Assembly: GCA_963738475.1 (NCBI GenBank)
Contig: CAVTWU010000017.1
Location: 211,911-275,910 of the forward strand
DNA length: 64,000 nucleotides
Direction: 5' to 3'
DNA from: an uncultured Chloroflexia bacterium
Lineage (GTDB): Bacteria > Chloroflexota > Limnocylindria > Limnocylindrales > CSP1-4
A program made the translations under genes and the position numbers. The notes beneath the pieces are model-generated. The model did no database searches. It saw only the letters and a program-made list of their open reading frames with translations, and was not told the DNA's origin. This document shows, piece after piece, positions 40,939 through 52,189 of the stretch. Position 1 is the stretch's first letter; the number at the start of each line of letters is the position of its first letter.

Positions 40939-43033
40939 TCATCCGGCCGGCGGCCGCGACATCGAGCGCATGTAGGCGACGGCCTCGCGCGTATGCCGCC
41001 GACGGCTCCGGATCGTCAGCGCGAACAGGACGAGGGCCGCGACCAGCGCCAGCGCCAGCGCCGACACGCTCACCAGCCGGCCCCGGCCGACGTCCTCGGC
41101 CGACGTCCAGACCGAGCGGGCCGCATCGGACGACGCTGACGGCGGCCTCCAGGTCGCCGGCCGCGAACGCGGCCTTGGCCGCGGCGAGGTCGGCCTCGGG
41201 CGTCGCGCCCCACAGTCCCGACCTGGGCGACGAGGTCCGGGCGCCGACCGGCTCGGCGTCGGCGGCCGCCTGGTAGCGCTCGATCGCGTCGAGCTCGGCG
41301 TCGGCCTCGTCGAGGGCCGCGGCGAACCCGTCGGTCGCCCTCGAACGCGATCCGCAGGTCGGTCGGGCAGGATCAGGCCGGCGGCGGCCGCGGCGGCCGC
41401 GATCTCGTCGCGCCGCGCCGAGGACCGTCGTCGGCGTCGTCGAGCAGCCCGGTCGCGTCGTCGAACCGCCACGCCCGCATCGCGTCGCGGATCGGCCGCG
41501 GCAGCTGCCAGTCGCCGGCCGCGGCGAGCGACCGCGTCGTACCGCGGCGCGGGCCGCCGCGCGGGCGTCGAGCAGCGGCAGGTCCTCGTCGCGGGCGACC
41601 CAGGTCCGCCACAGGTCGTCGTAGCGTCGCCGGCGTGTCCGCCTCGAGCAGGTCCAGCAGGCCCCGCCAGTCGGGCGGCCCGTCGACGGTCTCGGGCGTC
41701 CACGGCTGGCCATCGACGCCGGTCCGACCGGCTTCCGGCGGCTGGTACGCGCCGACCGAGCCGGCGGCGTCCGCCCAGACCGCGCGGAGCCCGTCCGTCG
41801 CCGGCCCGCTCGGCGATGGCCGGCGCGAGGGCGAGCGTCGCGGCGTAGCGCGTAGTCCTCGATCGGCGGTGGCCTCCTCGCCGACCGGGCCCCAGGCGTT
41901 GAGCGGGATGCGCGCGACTTGCGGAGCGTCGTCGGTCAGCTCGTCGCCGGTCGCCTTGACCTCGAGCGCGGTCGCCGGCCTGCGACGCCGTAGTACGACG
42001 CGAACGCCTCGTTCGCCCAGCGGTCGGCCAGCAGCGACGCCGTTGAACCAGGCGTGGGCCGCCTCGTGGAGGACGACGAGGTCGTCGGCGTAGTAGGCGA
42101 CCTCGACGAGGCCCTGGGTCGGGTCGAACAGGCCCGGCGTAGCCGCCGGTCGAGCGGCTGACCGCCTCCTGGACGACGAGCGTGTCCGTCGCGCGGCCAG
42201 GGCAGGCCGATCGCTCGCCGAGGACGGGCAGGGCGCTCGCTTGACCAGGTCGCCGACCCGCTTCGCCCAGGCCGCGTCGTCCGCCCAGGCCCGGATCGTC
42301 AGCGGCGACCGGTGACGTCGCCGACGACCGTCGTGAGCGCGTCGCTCGTCGTAGGCGCCCGGCCGATCCGCCGACGAGGTAGGCGAAGAACGTCAGCGGC
42401 GTCGGCGAGCTTGCCGGTCCGGAAGATCGTCCGTGCCGTCGCCGTCGGTCGTCGGGCGCCGGGATGTCGCCGGCCTCGACGTCGACCTCGTAGCCCGGCC
42501 GGGAAGACGACCGTGACCGTGCTGCCCGGGCGTCGAGTCGGTCGCGAACGCCCAGACCGGGAAGGACACGAGCGAGTCGCCGATGCGGAGGTCGCGGGTG
42601 GCCGCGCCGCCCGCTGTCGACGAGGTCGAAGCCGCAGCGTGTAGGTCGCGGACTTGCCGCTGTACAGCCGCGCGCCGAGGTCGAGCCGCAGGATCGTGGC
42701 GTTGCGTCCGCTTGGTGACCGACACCGACGGCGTGCCCGACCGCCCGTCAGCTTGAACCCGGTCGCGCCCGGGCAGGACCGCGAGGAACGCCTGGTCGAA
42801 GTAGTAGCGCTTGGTCTCGTGTCCTTGAGGTGGTTGGTCAGGCGCAGTGTCGACGCGTGACCCGGACCCGCTGCTGGTCCGGCTGGACGTCGTAGCGGGC
42901 GTCGCGACGACGATCGTCAGGTCCGGCGTCGCGGCGCGGACCTCGGCGGCCGCCGGCGGGCGCGCCAGCAGCCCGATCGCGACGACGAGCGCGAGGACGA
43001 GCGGCGCGAGGCGCCGGATCGCGGCGGCGTCAC
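40939..43033 (-). CDS. Membrane-anchored gluzincin (M1-like / peptidase MA) metallopeptidase, about 700 aa. Many frame changes.
   Basis: Reconstructed pieces:
- signal peptide AIRRLAPLVLALVVAIGLLARPPAAA
- YYFDQAFLAVLPG
- LRIGDSLVSFPVWAFATDSTPGSTVTVVFPAGYEVDVEAG
- VVLHEAAHAWFNG..LLADRWANEAFASYY (HExxH...E)
- DWRGLLDLLEA
- DWQLPRPIRDAMRAWRFDDATGLL
- C-terminal TM LVSVSALALALVAALVLFALTIRSRRRH

The proposed GTG at 43033 overlaps the upstream stop (GTGA). Confidence 0.65.
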
Positions 43034-43594
43034 GGCGGCCGTCGTCCGGACGGCTCGGCCATCGGCTCGACGAGCGTCCGGCAGCCGGTCGGCGTAGCGC
43101 GTCGAGGAACGCCGGCGTTGCGGGCCGACGCGGTCGGCCGGCTCGGGCGGCCGTGCCGCCGATCCACAGCCAGCCCTTCGACTCGTCGAGCAGGCGGTCG
43201 GCGATGCCGAGGATGCGGGCGAGGGCCAGGCCGAGCGCGTCGGCGTCGACGGCGTCGATCGGCAGCTCGACCGCGAGGAGCGGCCGCTCGTCCTCGCCGA
43301 CGCGAGAACTTCGCGAACGGGAACTCGTCGTTCCAGCGCAGCAGCTTGCGGTACGACTTGCGGAACATGTCGCTGATCGGCGGCGCGTAGTGCGCCCAGC
43401 ACGATGACCGCCAGCGCCGGGTCGAGGATGACCGTGACGCGGAGGTCGAAGCGGCGGCGTCCGTCGAGGACGAGGTCCCAGCTGGCGATCCCGTCGCGGT
43501 CGGCTCGCTCGACGGGCTCCAGCCCGAGCTCGGCGAGCCAGCGCTCGACGTCGGCCGGGCGCACGCGCGGTGCGCCCGTGTCGGCGGATGACAT
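43030..43594 (-). CDS. YbjN-like (putative sensory transduction regulator / chaperone-like) domain protein. At least 3 frame changes. The 3' end is uncertain.
   Basis: Pieces:
- MSSADTGAPRVRPADVERWLAELGLEPVERADRDGIASWDLVLDGRRRFDLRVTVILDPALAVIVL
- YAPPISDMFRKSYRKLLRWNDEFPFAKFS
- ERPLLAVELPIDAVDADALGLALARILGIADRLLDESKGWLW. Confidence 0.6.
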
Positions 43595-43606
43595 GGCCCG
43601 CGGAGT

Positions 43607-45007
43607 CTAGCCGAGATCGCCGCGAACGGCCCCGGCGGTCAGTCGCGCCGACGGCCCTCGGCCGCGCGGCCTCGCGGCCGCGCGCCGCGGCGACGCGCCG
43701 CCTGGTCGGCGCGCGTCGGCCGCGGCTCGGCGCGGCCGCGCGGGCTCGCCGCGTTCGACCGACTCGCCGCTGCGCACGACGCGCTCCGACGAAGTCGGTC
43801 GAGCGGACGTCCGCGCGCGATCTTCACGTTGCGGCCGATGCGCGCGCCGCGCGGGATGACCGCCCGCTTGCCGACGACGGTGATGCCGGTGTTCAGGCGG
43901 CCCGGCTCGCTGCTTGTTCGGCCGGTCGTCGTACGGCCCGTCGCCGACGATCGCGCCCTGGCCCGACGACGACCTCCTTGTCGAGGATCGCCCGGTCGAC
44001 GACGGCGCCCGAGCGGATGACCGAGTCGAACATGACGATCGAGTCGCGCACGACCGCGCCCGACGTCCGACCCGGACGCCCGGCGACAGGACGCGAGTTG
44101 ACGACCGTCCCGTCGATGACGCAGCCGTGGCTGATGAGGCTCCGGTGGACCTGCGCCGTCGGGCCCGACCTTGGCCGGGGCGCGCTCCTCGGACCGGGTG
44201 TGGATGACCCAGTCCTTGTCGTACAGGTCGAGCTCCGGGTCGTCCTCGAGGAGGGCCATGTTGGCCTCCCAGTACGACTGGATCGTCCCGACGTCCTGCC
44301 AGTAGCCGTTGTAGCGGTAGCCGAAGACGCGCGCGCCGGCGTCGAGCATCGCCGGGATGACGTTGGCCCCGAAGTCGACGCGGTCCTCGCTCAGCCAGCG
44401 CCGGAGCGCCTTCTTCGAGAAGACGTAGACGCCCATCGAGGCGAGGTCGCTCTTGGGCTGCTTGGGCTTCTCCTGCCACTCGATGACCCGGTCGGTCGTC
44501 GTCGAGGGCGAGGATGCCCATCCGCGACGCCTCGGCGAGCGGCACGCGCCGGACGGCGATCGTCACGTCGGCGCGGTGGCGGCGGTGGGCGGCCACGAAC
44601 GGCTGGTAGTCCATCTTGTAGATGTGGTCGCCGGCGAGGACGAGGACGGTGTCGGCCGGGTCGTGCTCGAGGACGTTGATGTTGCGCAGGACCGCGTCGG
44701 CCGTGCCGCGGTACCACTCGGCGACGCGGCCGCGGGCGATGTACGGCTGGAGCAGCTTGACGCCGCCGTGGTTGCGGTCGAGGTCCCACGGCCGGCCGAG
44801 GCCGATGTGGTCGTTGAGCGAGCGCGGGTTGTACTGGGTCAGGACGACGACGTCGTCGATGTCCGAGTTGACGCAGTTCGACAGCGTGAAGTCGATGATC
44901 CGGTACTTGCCGCCGAACGGGACGGCCGGCTTGGCGCGCTCCTGGGACAGGATCGACAGGCGCTCGCCCTCGCCGCCCGCGAGGATCACCGCCATCGTCC
45001 GCTTCAC
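43607..45007 (-). CDS. glgC: Glucose-1-phosphate adenylyltransferase. At least 4 frame changes. The exact 3' end is uncertain.
   Basis: Pieces:
- [65 protein letters not shown]
- WYRGTADAV
- [14 protein letters not shown]
- [13 protein letters not shown]...[20 protein letters not shown]
- left-handed beta-helix repeats
- [22 protein letters not shown]. Confidence 0.85.
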
Positions 45008-45080
45008 GCTGTCGATGCTCGCACGGTCGCAGCCGTGCGGTCACCCGGTCGCCGATCGCTAGCGGACGGGGCGCCGGTCC

Positions 45081-46420
45081 CTACAGGAACAGGCGCGGGT
45101 TGACGAAGTCGCCGTTGAGCTCGACCGCCCAGTGGAGGTGCGGCGCCGGTCGAGTGGCCGGTGTTGCCCTCGTAGCCGATGACCTGGCCCGGCTCGACCG
45201 TGGCTGCCCGGCGCGGATCCCGCCCGGGTAGCGCGCGCTGTCAGGTGGGCGTACCAGGTCAGCAGGTCGTCGCTGTGGGCGATGATGACGATCCAGGCCG
45301 GGTCGGGCCGTCGGCGTTAGTTCCAGCCGATGTAGACGACGGTCCCGTCGCCGGACGCGCGGACCGGCGTGCCATACGGCGCGACGATGTCGATGCCGCT
45401 GTGGAAGTGGGCGCAGCTGCCCAGCGGCGGCTCCCACGCGAACCCGGTGCAGCCGAAGTTCTGGGTGACGTCGCCGGCCATCGGCCACGCCAGCGTGCCG
45501 TTGTACTCGGACGGGATGTTGCCCGCGGTCCGCCTGCTTGCGGATGATCGCCGTCGATCTCGGCGCCCAGGCGGCGCTGGGCGGCGGCGGCGGCGGCGAG
45601 CGCCTTGGCGGCGTCGTTCTTGTTGCGCAGCGATCTGGGCGTAGGTCGCCTTCTGGCTGGCGAGCGTCGCGCCGCGACCTGCTTCTCGAGCTTGCTTGAG
45701 CTGCGGCCTTGGCCGCCTTGAGCGTCGGCGAGGCTCTTGTCGAGCGCGCGCTTCTGGGCCGCCGTCTCCTGGCGCAGGTCGTCGGTCTGCGTCGCGCGTG
45801 TCCGTCGACCGTCTGGTGGAGCGCGGCGAGCGTCTCCTGGTCCTTGGCGATCTGCTGGGCGAGCGCCTTGTCCTGCTCGCCGACGTCGATGAAGTAGCTC
45901 ATCTCGGCCAGCAGGTCGGTGAACGTGCCGCCCGACAGGAACGTCTCGAGCAGCGAGGTCCGGTCGGTGTCGTAGGCGCTCCGGACGCGGTCGGCGAGCA
46001 GCGTCCTTGCGCTCGCGCAGCTCGGCCTTCTTGCGCGGCCTCCTGGCCTCGATCGCGGCGAGCTGGGCGTCGAGCGCCGCGAGCTTGGTCGACGAGCGCC
46101 GCGTAGGCCGCCTTGACCGCCGTCGATCTTGGTCGGTCATCCTGTTGATCCTGGCCTTGACCGTCGGCCAGGTCGGCGTTGATGCCGTCGAGCTGGCGCC
46201 TGCGTCTGGCGCGATCTCGGCGGCGAGGCCGTTCTGGAGGCGCGTTGAGCTCGGCGACCTGCGCCTTCTGGGCGGCGACCTCCTTCTTGAGCTGCGCCTG
46301 CTGGGCCTTGGCGTCGGTCAGCTCGTCGCCACGGGCGACCGGGGCGTTGGCCGGGCAGCGCCGACGAGCCCGAGGACGAGCGGGCAGGGCGAGGAGGACC
46401 GAGCGCGACGGCCGCGGCAC
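45081..46420 (-). CDS. Secreted M23 family peptidoglycan endopeptidase with an N-terminal coiled coil (EnvC/MepM-like). At least 5 frame changes.
   Basis: Signal peptide reconstructed as VPRPSRSVLLALP.LVLGLVGAAPANA. Coiled coil: DELTDAKAQQAQLKKEVAAQKAQVAELN, LAALDAQLAAIEA, DKALAQQIAKDQETLAALHQ. Catalytic domain: HFHSGIDIVAPYGTPVRASGDGTVVY and GNTGHSTGAHLHWAVELNGDFVNPRLFL. Confidence 0.8.
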
Positions 46421-46720
46421 GTCGGCGGGATGCCGGTCGGGCGCAGCGGACGCCCAGCCGTTGGCGTGCGTGGTGCCCCGGCGATCGGCTGGCGGCGCAT
46501 CACGTAGGCGACGTCATCGTGCGAGCGATCTCCGTGTGCGCCGCGAGCCGTGGGGACGACGCGTCTGACGGTCACGCCCGCCGGTCATCGCCGTCCCGAT
46601 GGGGCACGACCGGGACGACACCGGCTTCCCGGGCATGATACCCGCGGAGTCTAGCGGCCAGCCCGCGCGGCGCCTGGTCCGATGGTCCCGGTCCGAGCGT
46701 GGGACCCCGCGTGCCAGCGC
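46421..46720 (-). promoter_or_regulatory. 300-nt untranslated leader of the M23 peptidase gene. Candidate ydaO-type (c-di-AMP) riboswitch or other structured RNA.
   Basis: Minus-strand RNA contains CGCUGAGC..ACGCGGGGUCCCAC, GUGACCGUCAGAC, GAUCGCUCGCAC and CGCCGGGGCACCAC..GCGCCCGACC. These resemble conserved ydaO blocks (AUCGCU, ACGGGG-ACCCA, CCCGA..CCG-CAG). I see no convincing ORF here. Confidence 0.3.
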
Positions 46721-47369
46721 TCAGCGGATGAGCACCGCCCACAGCGCCCCGATGATGAGGAACGGCCCGAACGGGACGTACGTCCGGCGCCCGATCCGCC
46801 GCGTCACGAGCAGGACGCCGAGCACGACCCCGGCCAGGATCAGGCCGACGAACACGCCGCCGAGCGCGCGCTCGCCGCCGACCATCAGGCCGACCCCGAC
46901 GAGCAGAACTTGACGTCGCCGAGGCCGAACGCCCCGGCCCCGAACGGGATCGACGGCAGGTACAGGACGGCCGGGATGAGCGACGGCGGCCACGATCGCC
47001 GAGCACGATGTCCGTCGCCGACGAGCGGGTTCTGGCCGCTCAGCGCGTAGACGCAGGGCGACCGGGATGACCGGCAGGGTCAGCAGGTCCGGCAGCAGCC
47101 GCTGGTCGAGGTCCGTGCGCCAGGCCGACGACCAGCGTGACGAACCACGCCCCGAAGAGCGCGAGCGCCAGCGGATCGCCCCCGAACCGGAGCGGCAGCA
47201 GCCCGAACGCGAGCGCCCCGACGAGCGCCGTGACGGCCGTCCGCCAGTCGACGCGCGCGGCCCGGCGGGTGCTCCTCGTCGTGCTCCGGCCAGCGGGTCG
47301 CGAGCCGGTCGGCGGCGACGCCCGAGGACGAACCCGGCCGGCGCCGAGCAGCAGGCTGACCGGCTCCAT
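46721..47369 (-). CDS. Prepilin peptidase (A24 family). At least 3 frame changes.
   Basis: Pieces:
- MEPVSLLLGA
- VDWRTAVTALVGALAFGLLPLRFG
- LFGAWFVTLVVGLATDLDQRLLPDLLTLPVIPVAL
- GLGDVKFLLLVGLMVGGERALGGVFVGLILAGVV...YVPFGPFLIIGALWAVL. Confidence 0.75.
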
Positions 47370-47401
47370 GATCGGGTCACGGCCGGCGCCGGCGCGGCCG
47401 G

Positions 47402-48967
47402 TCAGCCGGCCGCGCGCGCCGGCGAGGGCGAGCTCGACGAGCGTGGCGTGCGAGGCGCCGGTCGCGCCGCGCGGCGCGAACGGCAGTCGCCTTGCGGTAG
47501 TAGCCGGTCCCGGCGATGTCGAGGTGGACCCACGGCACCGGTCACGAACTCGCGCAGGAACAGGCCGCTCTTGACGAGCGAGCCCTCGGCCGAGCCGGAG
47601 TTCTGGAGGTCGCCGTACCAGCTGTCCATCTCGGGCACGTAGTCGTCGACGAGCGGGAGCTGCCAGTAGCGCTCGCCGGCCCGCTCGCCGGCCGCCGCGA
47701 CCTCGTCGTAGAAGTCCTGCGGCGTCCCGAACGCGCCCGGTGACGAGGTGGCCGAGCGCCCGCGAGACACGGCGCCGGTCAGCGTCGCGACGTCGACGAG
47801 GTGGGTCGCGCCGAGCCGCTCCGCGTAGGTCATCGCGTCGCCGAGGATCAGGCGGCCCTCGGCGTCGGTGTTGGTGATGTCGACCATCTTGCCGTTGAGC
47901 GCGCGTGACGATGTCGCCCGGGCGGGTCGAGTGCGGGCCGGGCATGTTCTCGACCGCCGGCGCGACCGCCAGCAGCGGCGTCCCGGGCGCGAGGCGGGCG
48001 ACCGTGGCGATGGCCGCGATCACGGTGCAGGCACCGGTCTTGTCCATCTTCATCTCTTCCATCCGGTCGGACGGCTTGATGCTGATGCCGCCCGAGTCGA
48101 AGCAGACGCCCTTGCCGACGATCGCCAGGTGGCGGCCGAGCGCGTCGCGCTCGCCCTCGCCGCCGGAGCGCATGACGATCATCCGCGGCGGGTTGTCGCT
48201 GCCGCGCCCGACGGCCATGAACATGCCCATGCCCGAGCTCGGTCGCGCGCTCCGGCTCGATGACGTCGATCCACAGGCCGTGGCGCTCGGCGATGGCGCG
48301 CGCCTCGTCGGCGAGGACCTCCGGGCTGACGTCGTTGGCGGCCCGGTTGGAGAGGGTCCGGGCGAGGTTGGCGCCCTCGCCGATGATCACGGCCGCGCTC
48401 GGCGGCCGGCCAGCGACGGCCGCGGCGTCGCCGCCCGGGGCGACGAGGATCAGCTCGTCGAGGGTCGGCGGCGAGGCGATGTCGCTCCAGTCGCCCGCTC
48501 GCCTTGGCCGGCTCGTCCGGCTCGACGGTAGATCGACTTCGGGTCGTACGAGCCCTCGACGACGCCGCGGGCGACCAGTTCGGCGGCGAGCTCGGCCCCG
48601 CCGTCGAGCCCATCGGCGCCGACCAGCGGGGTCAGCCAGATCGCCAGGCGAGTGGACCGTGCGGCCGCCGAGCCGGCGCTCGGCCGAGGCCGCGACGCGG
48701 ACGACCGTCTCGCGATCGAGCGTGGCCGGGTCGCCGATGCCGACGACGAGCAGGCGGCCGGCCGGCACGTCCCCGGCGCGACGCGAGCGAGGTCGCCGAA
48801 GCGCTTGCCGGAGAGCTCGCCGAACGCGGCGAGCGCCGCGAGCTCGCCGCCGGAGCGCCGGTCGAGCTCGCCGAGCGGCCCGTCGAACGCGGGCGGCCGG
48901 CGACCGGGATGACGAGGACGTCGGCGGGGACGTCCCACGGCTGGTCGGTGACGACACGAAGCTGCAC
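47402..48967 (-). CDS. pepA: Leucyl aminopeptidase (M17). At least 5 frame changes. The 3' end is uncertain.
   Basis: Pieces:
- VQLRVVTDQPWDVPADVLVIPV
- IIGEGANLARTLSNRAANDVSPEVLADEA
- MGMFMAVGRGSDNPPRMIVM
- LAIVGKGVCFDSGGISIKPSDRMEEMKMDKTGACTV
- ENMPGPHSTRPGDIV
- VDITNTDAEGRLILGDAMTYA
- DVATLTGA
- HLDIAGT. Confidence 0.85.
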
Positions 48968-49065
48968 GGGCGAGGGATCCTCCGGAGATGCGGCCGGCCT
49001 CGCGACAGCAGGTCGCGGGCGGCAGGGTGGTTCGTTGGCGGCCAGTGTACCCGCCGGTCGGGGCC

Positions 49066-50081
49066 TCAGGGAGCGGCCGACGGCTCCGTGGACGGGCTGG
49101 GCGACGGGGCCGGTGCGAGGGCGTCGGCGAGCTGCGCCTTGGCCTCCTCGATGGCGATGACGGCGCCGTTCATCCCGCCCCGGCCGATCTCGCCATGATG
49201 ACGATGAGGCCGCGGGAGTCCGGCGGCAGCCGCCGGCGGGCCTCCTTCTCGGCCGCGATGGCGTCGCGCACGGCCTGCGGTGACCCGGCCACCGACCTTG
49301 TTGACCGCGATGTACAGGCTGCGCAGCGCCTCGTCGTAGTCGCGTTGCGCTCCAGCCACTGGTCCAGGACGGTCACGTCGACCGTGTTGGCCAGCTCCGT
49401 GCGCAGGCCCGTGCGCGATCTCGAGCTGCTCCGCGGCCTGGGTCAGGTAGGCCACCGCGTCCTTGTACGGCGGCGCGCCCGCGCTCCGCGGCGAGGCCGA
49501 CGAGCCGGTCGTGCTCGGCCAGGCTCGCCGACACCTTCGATCGCGGTCACGGCGCCGCTCGTCAGCCGCGCCCAGACGGCGTCGAGATCCTCGACCGCAT
49601 CGACGCCGCCCAGCAGTCGGGCGTAGCGGGCCTGGACGGCCGGCGAGACGTGCAGGTCCGCCGCCGGCGCCGCCGACGTACGGGGCCGCCTCCATCCTGG
49701 CGCGGATGGCCGTCGGCCTTGGCACCGATCGTCACGAGCAGGGCGTCGCCGGCCTCGCACGGCGGCGTCCACCGTCGACTGCCGGCCGTTGACGAGCGCC
49801 GACAGGGCGCCGCGGCCCTGCGTGCCGAGCGCGTCGACGTCTGCGGCGAGGGCTGCGAGATCCGCCTCGACGGCATCGAGCTCGCGCATCACCTGGGCGT
49901 CGCCGACGCCGGTCAGCTCCGGGCGCGCGGCGGGCAGGACCGAGCTGGGCGTCGCGGTCACGAGCCCGGCCGCCCCGAGCGCGATGACCAGGACGAGCAG
50001 CACCCAGACGACGGCGCCGCCGACCCGGCGGACGTCGGCGCTCCGACCATCCTGGGACGCGGGGCTCGCAGAGTCGGTCAC
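49066..50081 (-). CDS. Hypothetical N-terminally membrane-anchored, Ala-rich helical protein. At least 5 frame changes.
   Basis: Pieces:
- MTDSASPASQDGRSADVRRVGGAVVWVLLVLVIALGAAGLV (TM helix)
- MRELDAVEADLAALAADVDALGTQGRGALSALV
- YKDAVAYLTQAAEQLEIA
- DYDEALRSLYIAVNKV
- AVRDAIAAEKEARRRLPPDSRGLIVIM
- NGAVIAIEEAKAQLADAL. Confidence 0.5.
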
Positions 50082-51030
50082 AGGGCTCGCACCGTCTGGT
50101 CGCGTGGCTTCGACTTGAGGTAGCCGAGGGCGCCCTCCATCGGGCGCGGCTCGAACCCGAACCGCGCCGGGATGACGTCGAGCGGGCCGATGTTGTCGAG
50201 CTTGAGCTGGCGCAGCTGGTCGGTGGCGACCGGGAACGGCAGGCCGATCGTCTCGGACGTGCCCGGCGACGAGCCGGATGAGCGGCGACCGGCATCGGCA
50301 GGATGGCGCGCTTCTTGCCGAGCGCCGTCAGGACCTCGGCCGTGATCTCGCGGTACGTCCAGTAGCGCGGCCCGCCCAGGTCGAGCGCCGCCCCGACCGT
50401 CGCCGTCGTCCGCGAAGCAACGGGCTGCCACGGTCGCGACGTCGGCGACGCTGATCGGCTGGAACCGGCTCTTGCCGTCGCCGGGGACCGGGACGATGCC
50501 GGGCGACATCCGGACGAGGTCCGCGACGATGTTGAAGAACCCGTCGCCCTGGCCGAACTGGAGCGACGGCTTGAGGATCGTCCAGTCGAGGCCGGACGCG
50601 CGCGACGAGCGCCTCGGCCTTGGCCTTCGAGCTCGCGTAGTGGAGCGTCGGGTCGTCCGACGACGCCCATCGCGCCCATGTGGACCAGGCGCTTGACCCC
50701 GGCCGTCCGCATGGCCGCGACGACGGCGCGCGTCCCCTCGGTGTTGACGAGGCGGAGGTCCTCGCCGCCGCGGCGGTCGCGCGGGATGGCGACGAGGTGG
50801 AGGACGCCGTCCACGCCGGCGAGCGCGGCCGCGAGCGTCCCGGGGCGAGTGACGTCGCCGGTCCGCAGCTCGACGCGCGCTCGGTCGGCCTCGGGCAGGC
50901 GGTCGAGGACGAGGCGGCCGGCCTCCGGCGTGCGGACGAGCGCGACGACGCGGTGACCGGCGGCGAGCAGGGCGGGCACGGCGTAGCTGCCGACGAAGCC
51001 GCTGGCGCCGGTGACGAGGATGGTGGACAT
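50078..51030 (-). CDS. NAD(P)H-binding protein (NDUFA9/NmrA-like atypical SDR). At least 3 frame changes.
   Basis: GAAGGGA RBS. Pieces:
- MSTILVTGASGFVGSYAVPALLAAGHRVVALVR
- DGVLHLVAI
- NTEGTRAVVAAMRTAGVKRLVHMGAMG
- GLDWTILKPSLQFGQGDGFFN
- PVPGDGKSRFQPISVADVA
- tail GALGYLKSKPRD. Confidence 0.8.
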
Positions 51031-51156
51031 GCGGTGGTTCCCTTCGGAGCTCGGGGTCGACCTCGTGGCCGACCGTCGCCTCCGGTTCGGACGGGACGTC
51101 GCCGCGGATGCTGGACGCACACACGAGGACGCGCCGGGAATCGTAGCATCGACGGC

Positions 51157-52189
51157 ATGCAGACCCCCATCCGCGACCTGATCCGGACGATGCCCAAGGC
51201 CGAGCTCCACCTCCACCTCGACGGCTCGCTGCGGATCGAGACCGCCCTGGAGCTGGCGCGCGTCACGCGGGATCGATGCGCCGCGCGACCTGGCCGGGAT
51301 GCGCGCGGCCCTCATCGCCCCGATGCCGTGCGCCAACCAGGCCGAGCTGCTGCGCGCGTTCGACCTGCCGATCGCCCTGATGCAGGACGCCGAGGCGCTC
51401 GAGCGGATCACCGCCGAGCTGGTCGAGGCGAAGGCCGCCGACGGCGTCCGCTACGTCGAGATCCGCTGGGGGCCGCTGCTCCACGTCGCCGGCGGGCTGT
51501 CGCTGGCCGACGGGATCGCGGCCGTGTGCGCCGGGGCGAGCGATGCCGCCGCGCGGACGGGCACGGTCGTCCGGCTGATCTGCACCGCCCTGCGCTCGCA
51601 CGACCCGGCCGCCAACGAGACCCTCGCCGAGACGGCCGCCGGCTTCCGGGACCAGGGCCTGACCGGCTGGGACCTCGCCGGGCCCGAGGAGGCCTACCCG
51701 GACCCGCTGCTCCACGAACGGGCCTTCGAGATCGCCCGCGACGGCGGCCTGCGGATCACCCTCCATGCCGGGGAGTGGGGCGGTGCCGCGCAGGTCCGGC
51801 GCGCCCTGGCGGTGGGGCCGGAGCGGATCGCCCACGGCCCGCGCACGATCGACGACCCGGACCTGTGCGCCGAGCTCATCGACCGCGACGTGACCCTGGA
51901 CCTGTGCCCGACCTCGAACTGGCAGGCCGGGATCGTGCCGTCGGTCGCCGCGCACCCGCTGGCCCGGCTGCACCGGCTGGGCGTGCCCGTGACGCTCTCG
52001 ACCGACGACATGACGGTGTCCGACATCACCCTGTCGGAGGAGTACGAGAACGCCGTGGCCCGATCGGCCTGACGATGGCCGAGCTGTGGGCGATCGACCG
52101 GCACGCCCTCGACGTCGCGTTCGCCGACGAGGCGGCCCTCGCACCGGTCCGCGCCGCTCTTCGCTGCGTGGAGTACGCTCCGGGCGTGA
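51157..52189 (+). CDS. add: Adenosine deaminase. At least 3 frame changes.
   Basis: Pieces:
- MQTPIRDLIRTMPKAELHLHLDGSLR
- ORF 51299..52072 (VRYVEIRWGP, GWDLAGPE, ITLHAGEWGG, RIAHG, LDLCPTSN, VTLSTDDMTVS)
- tail IGLTMAELWAIDRHALDVAFADE

TAGCAT lies 7 nt upstream of the ATG. The proposed stop TGA at 52187-52189 overlaps the next gene's GTG. Confidence 0.85.
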
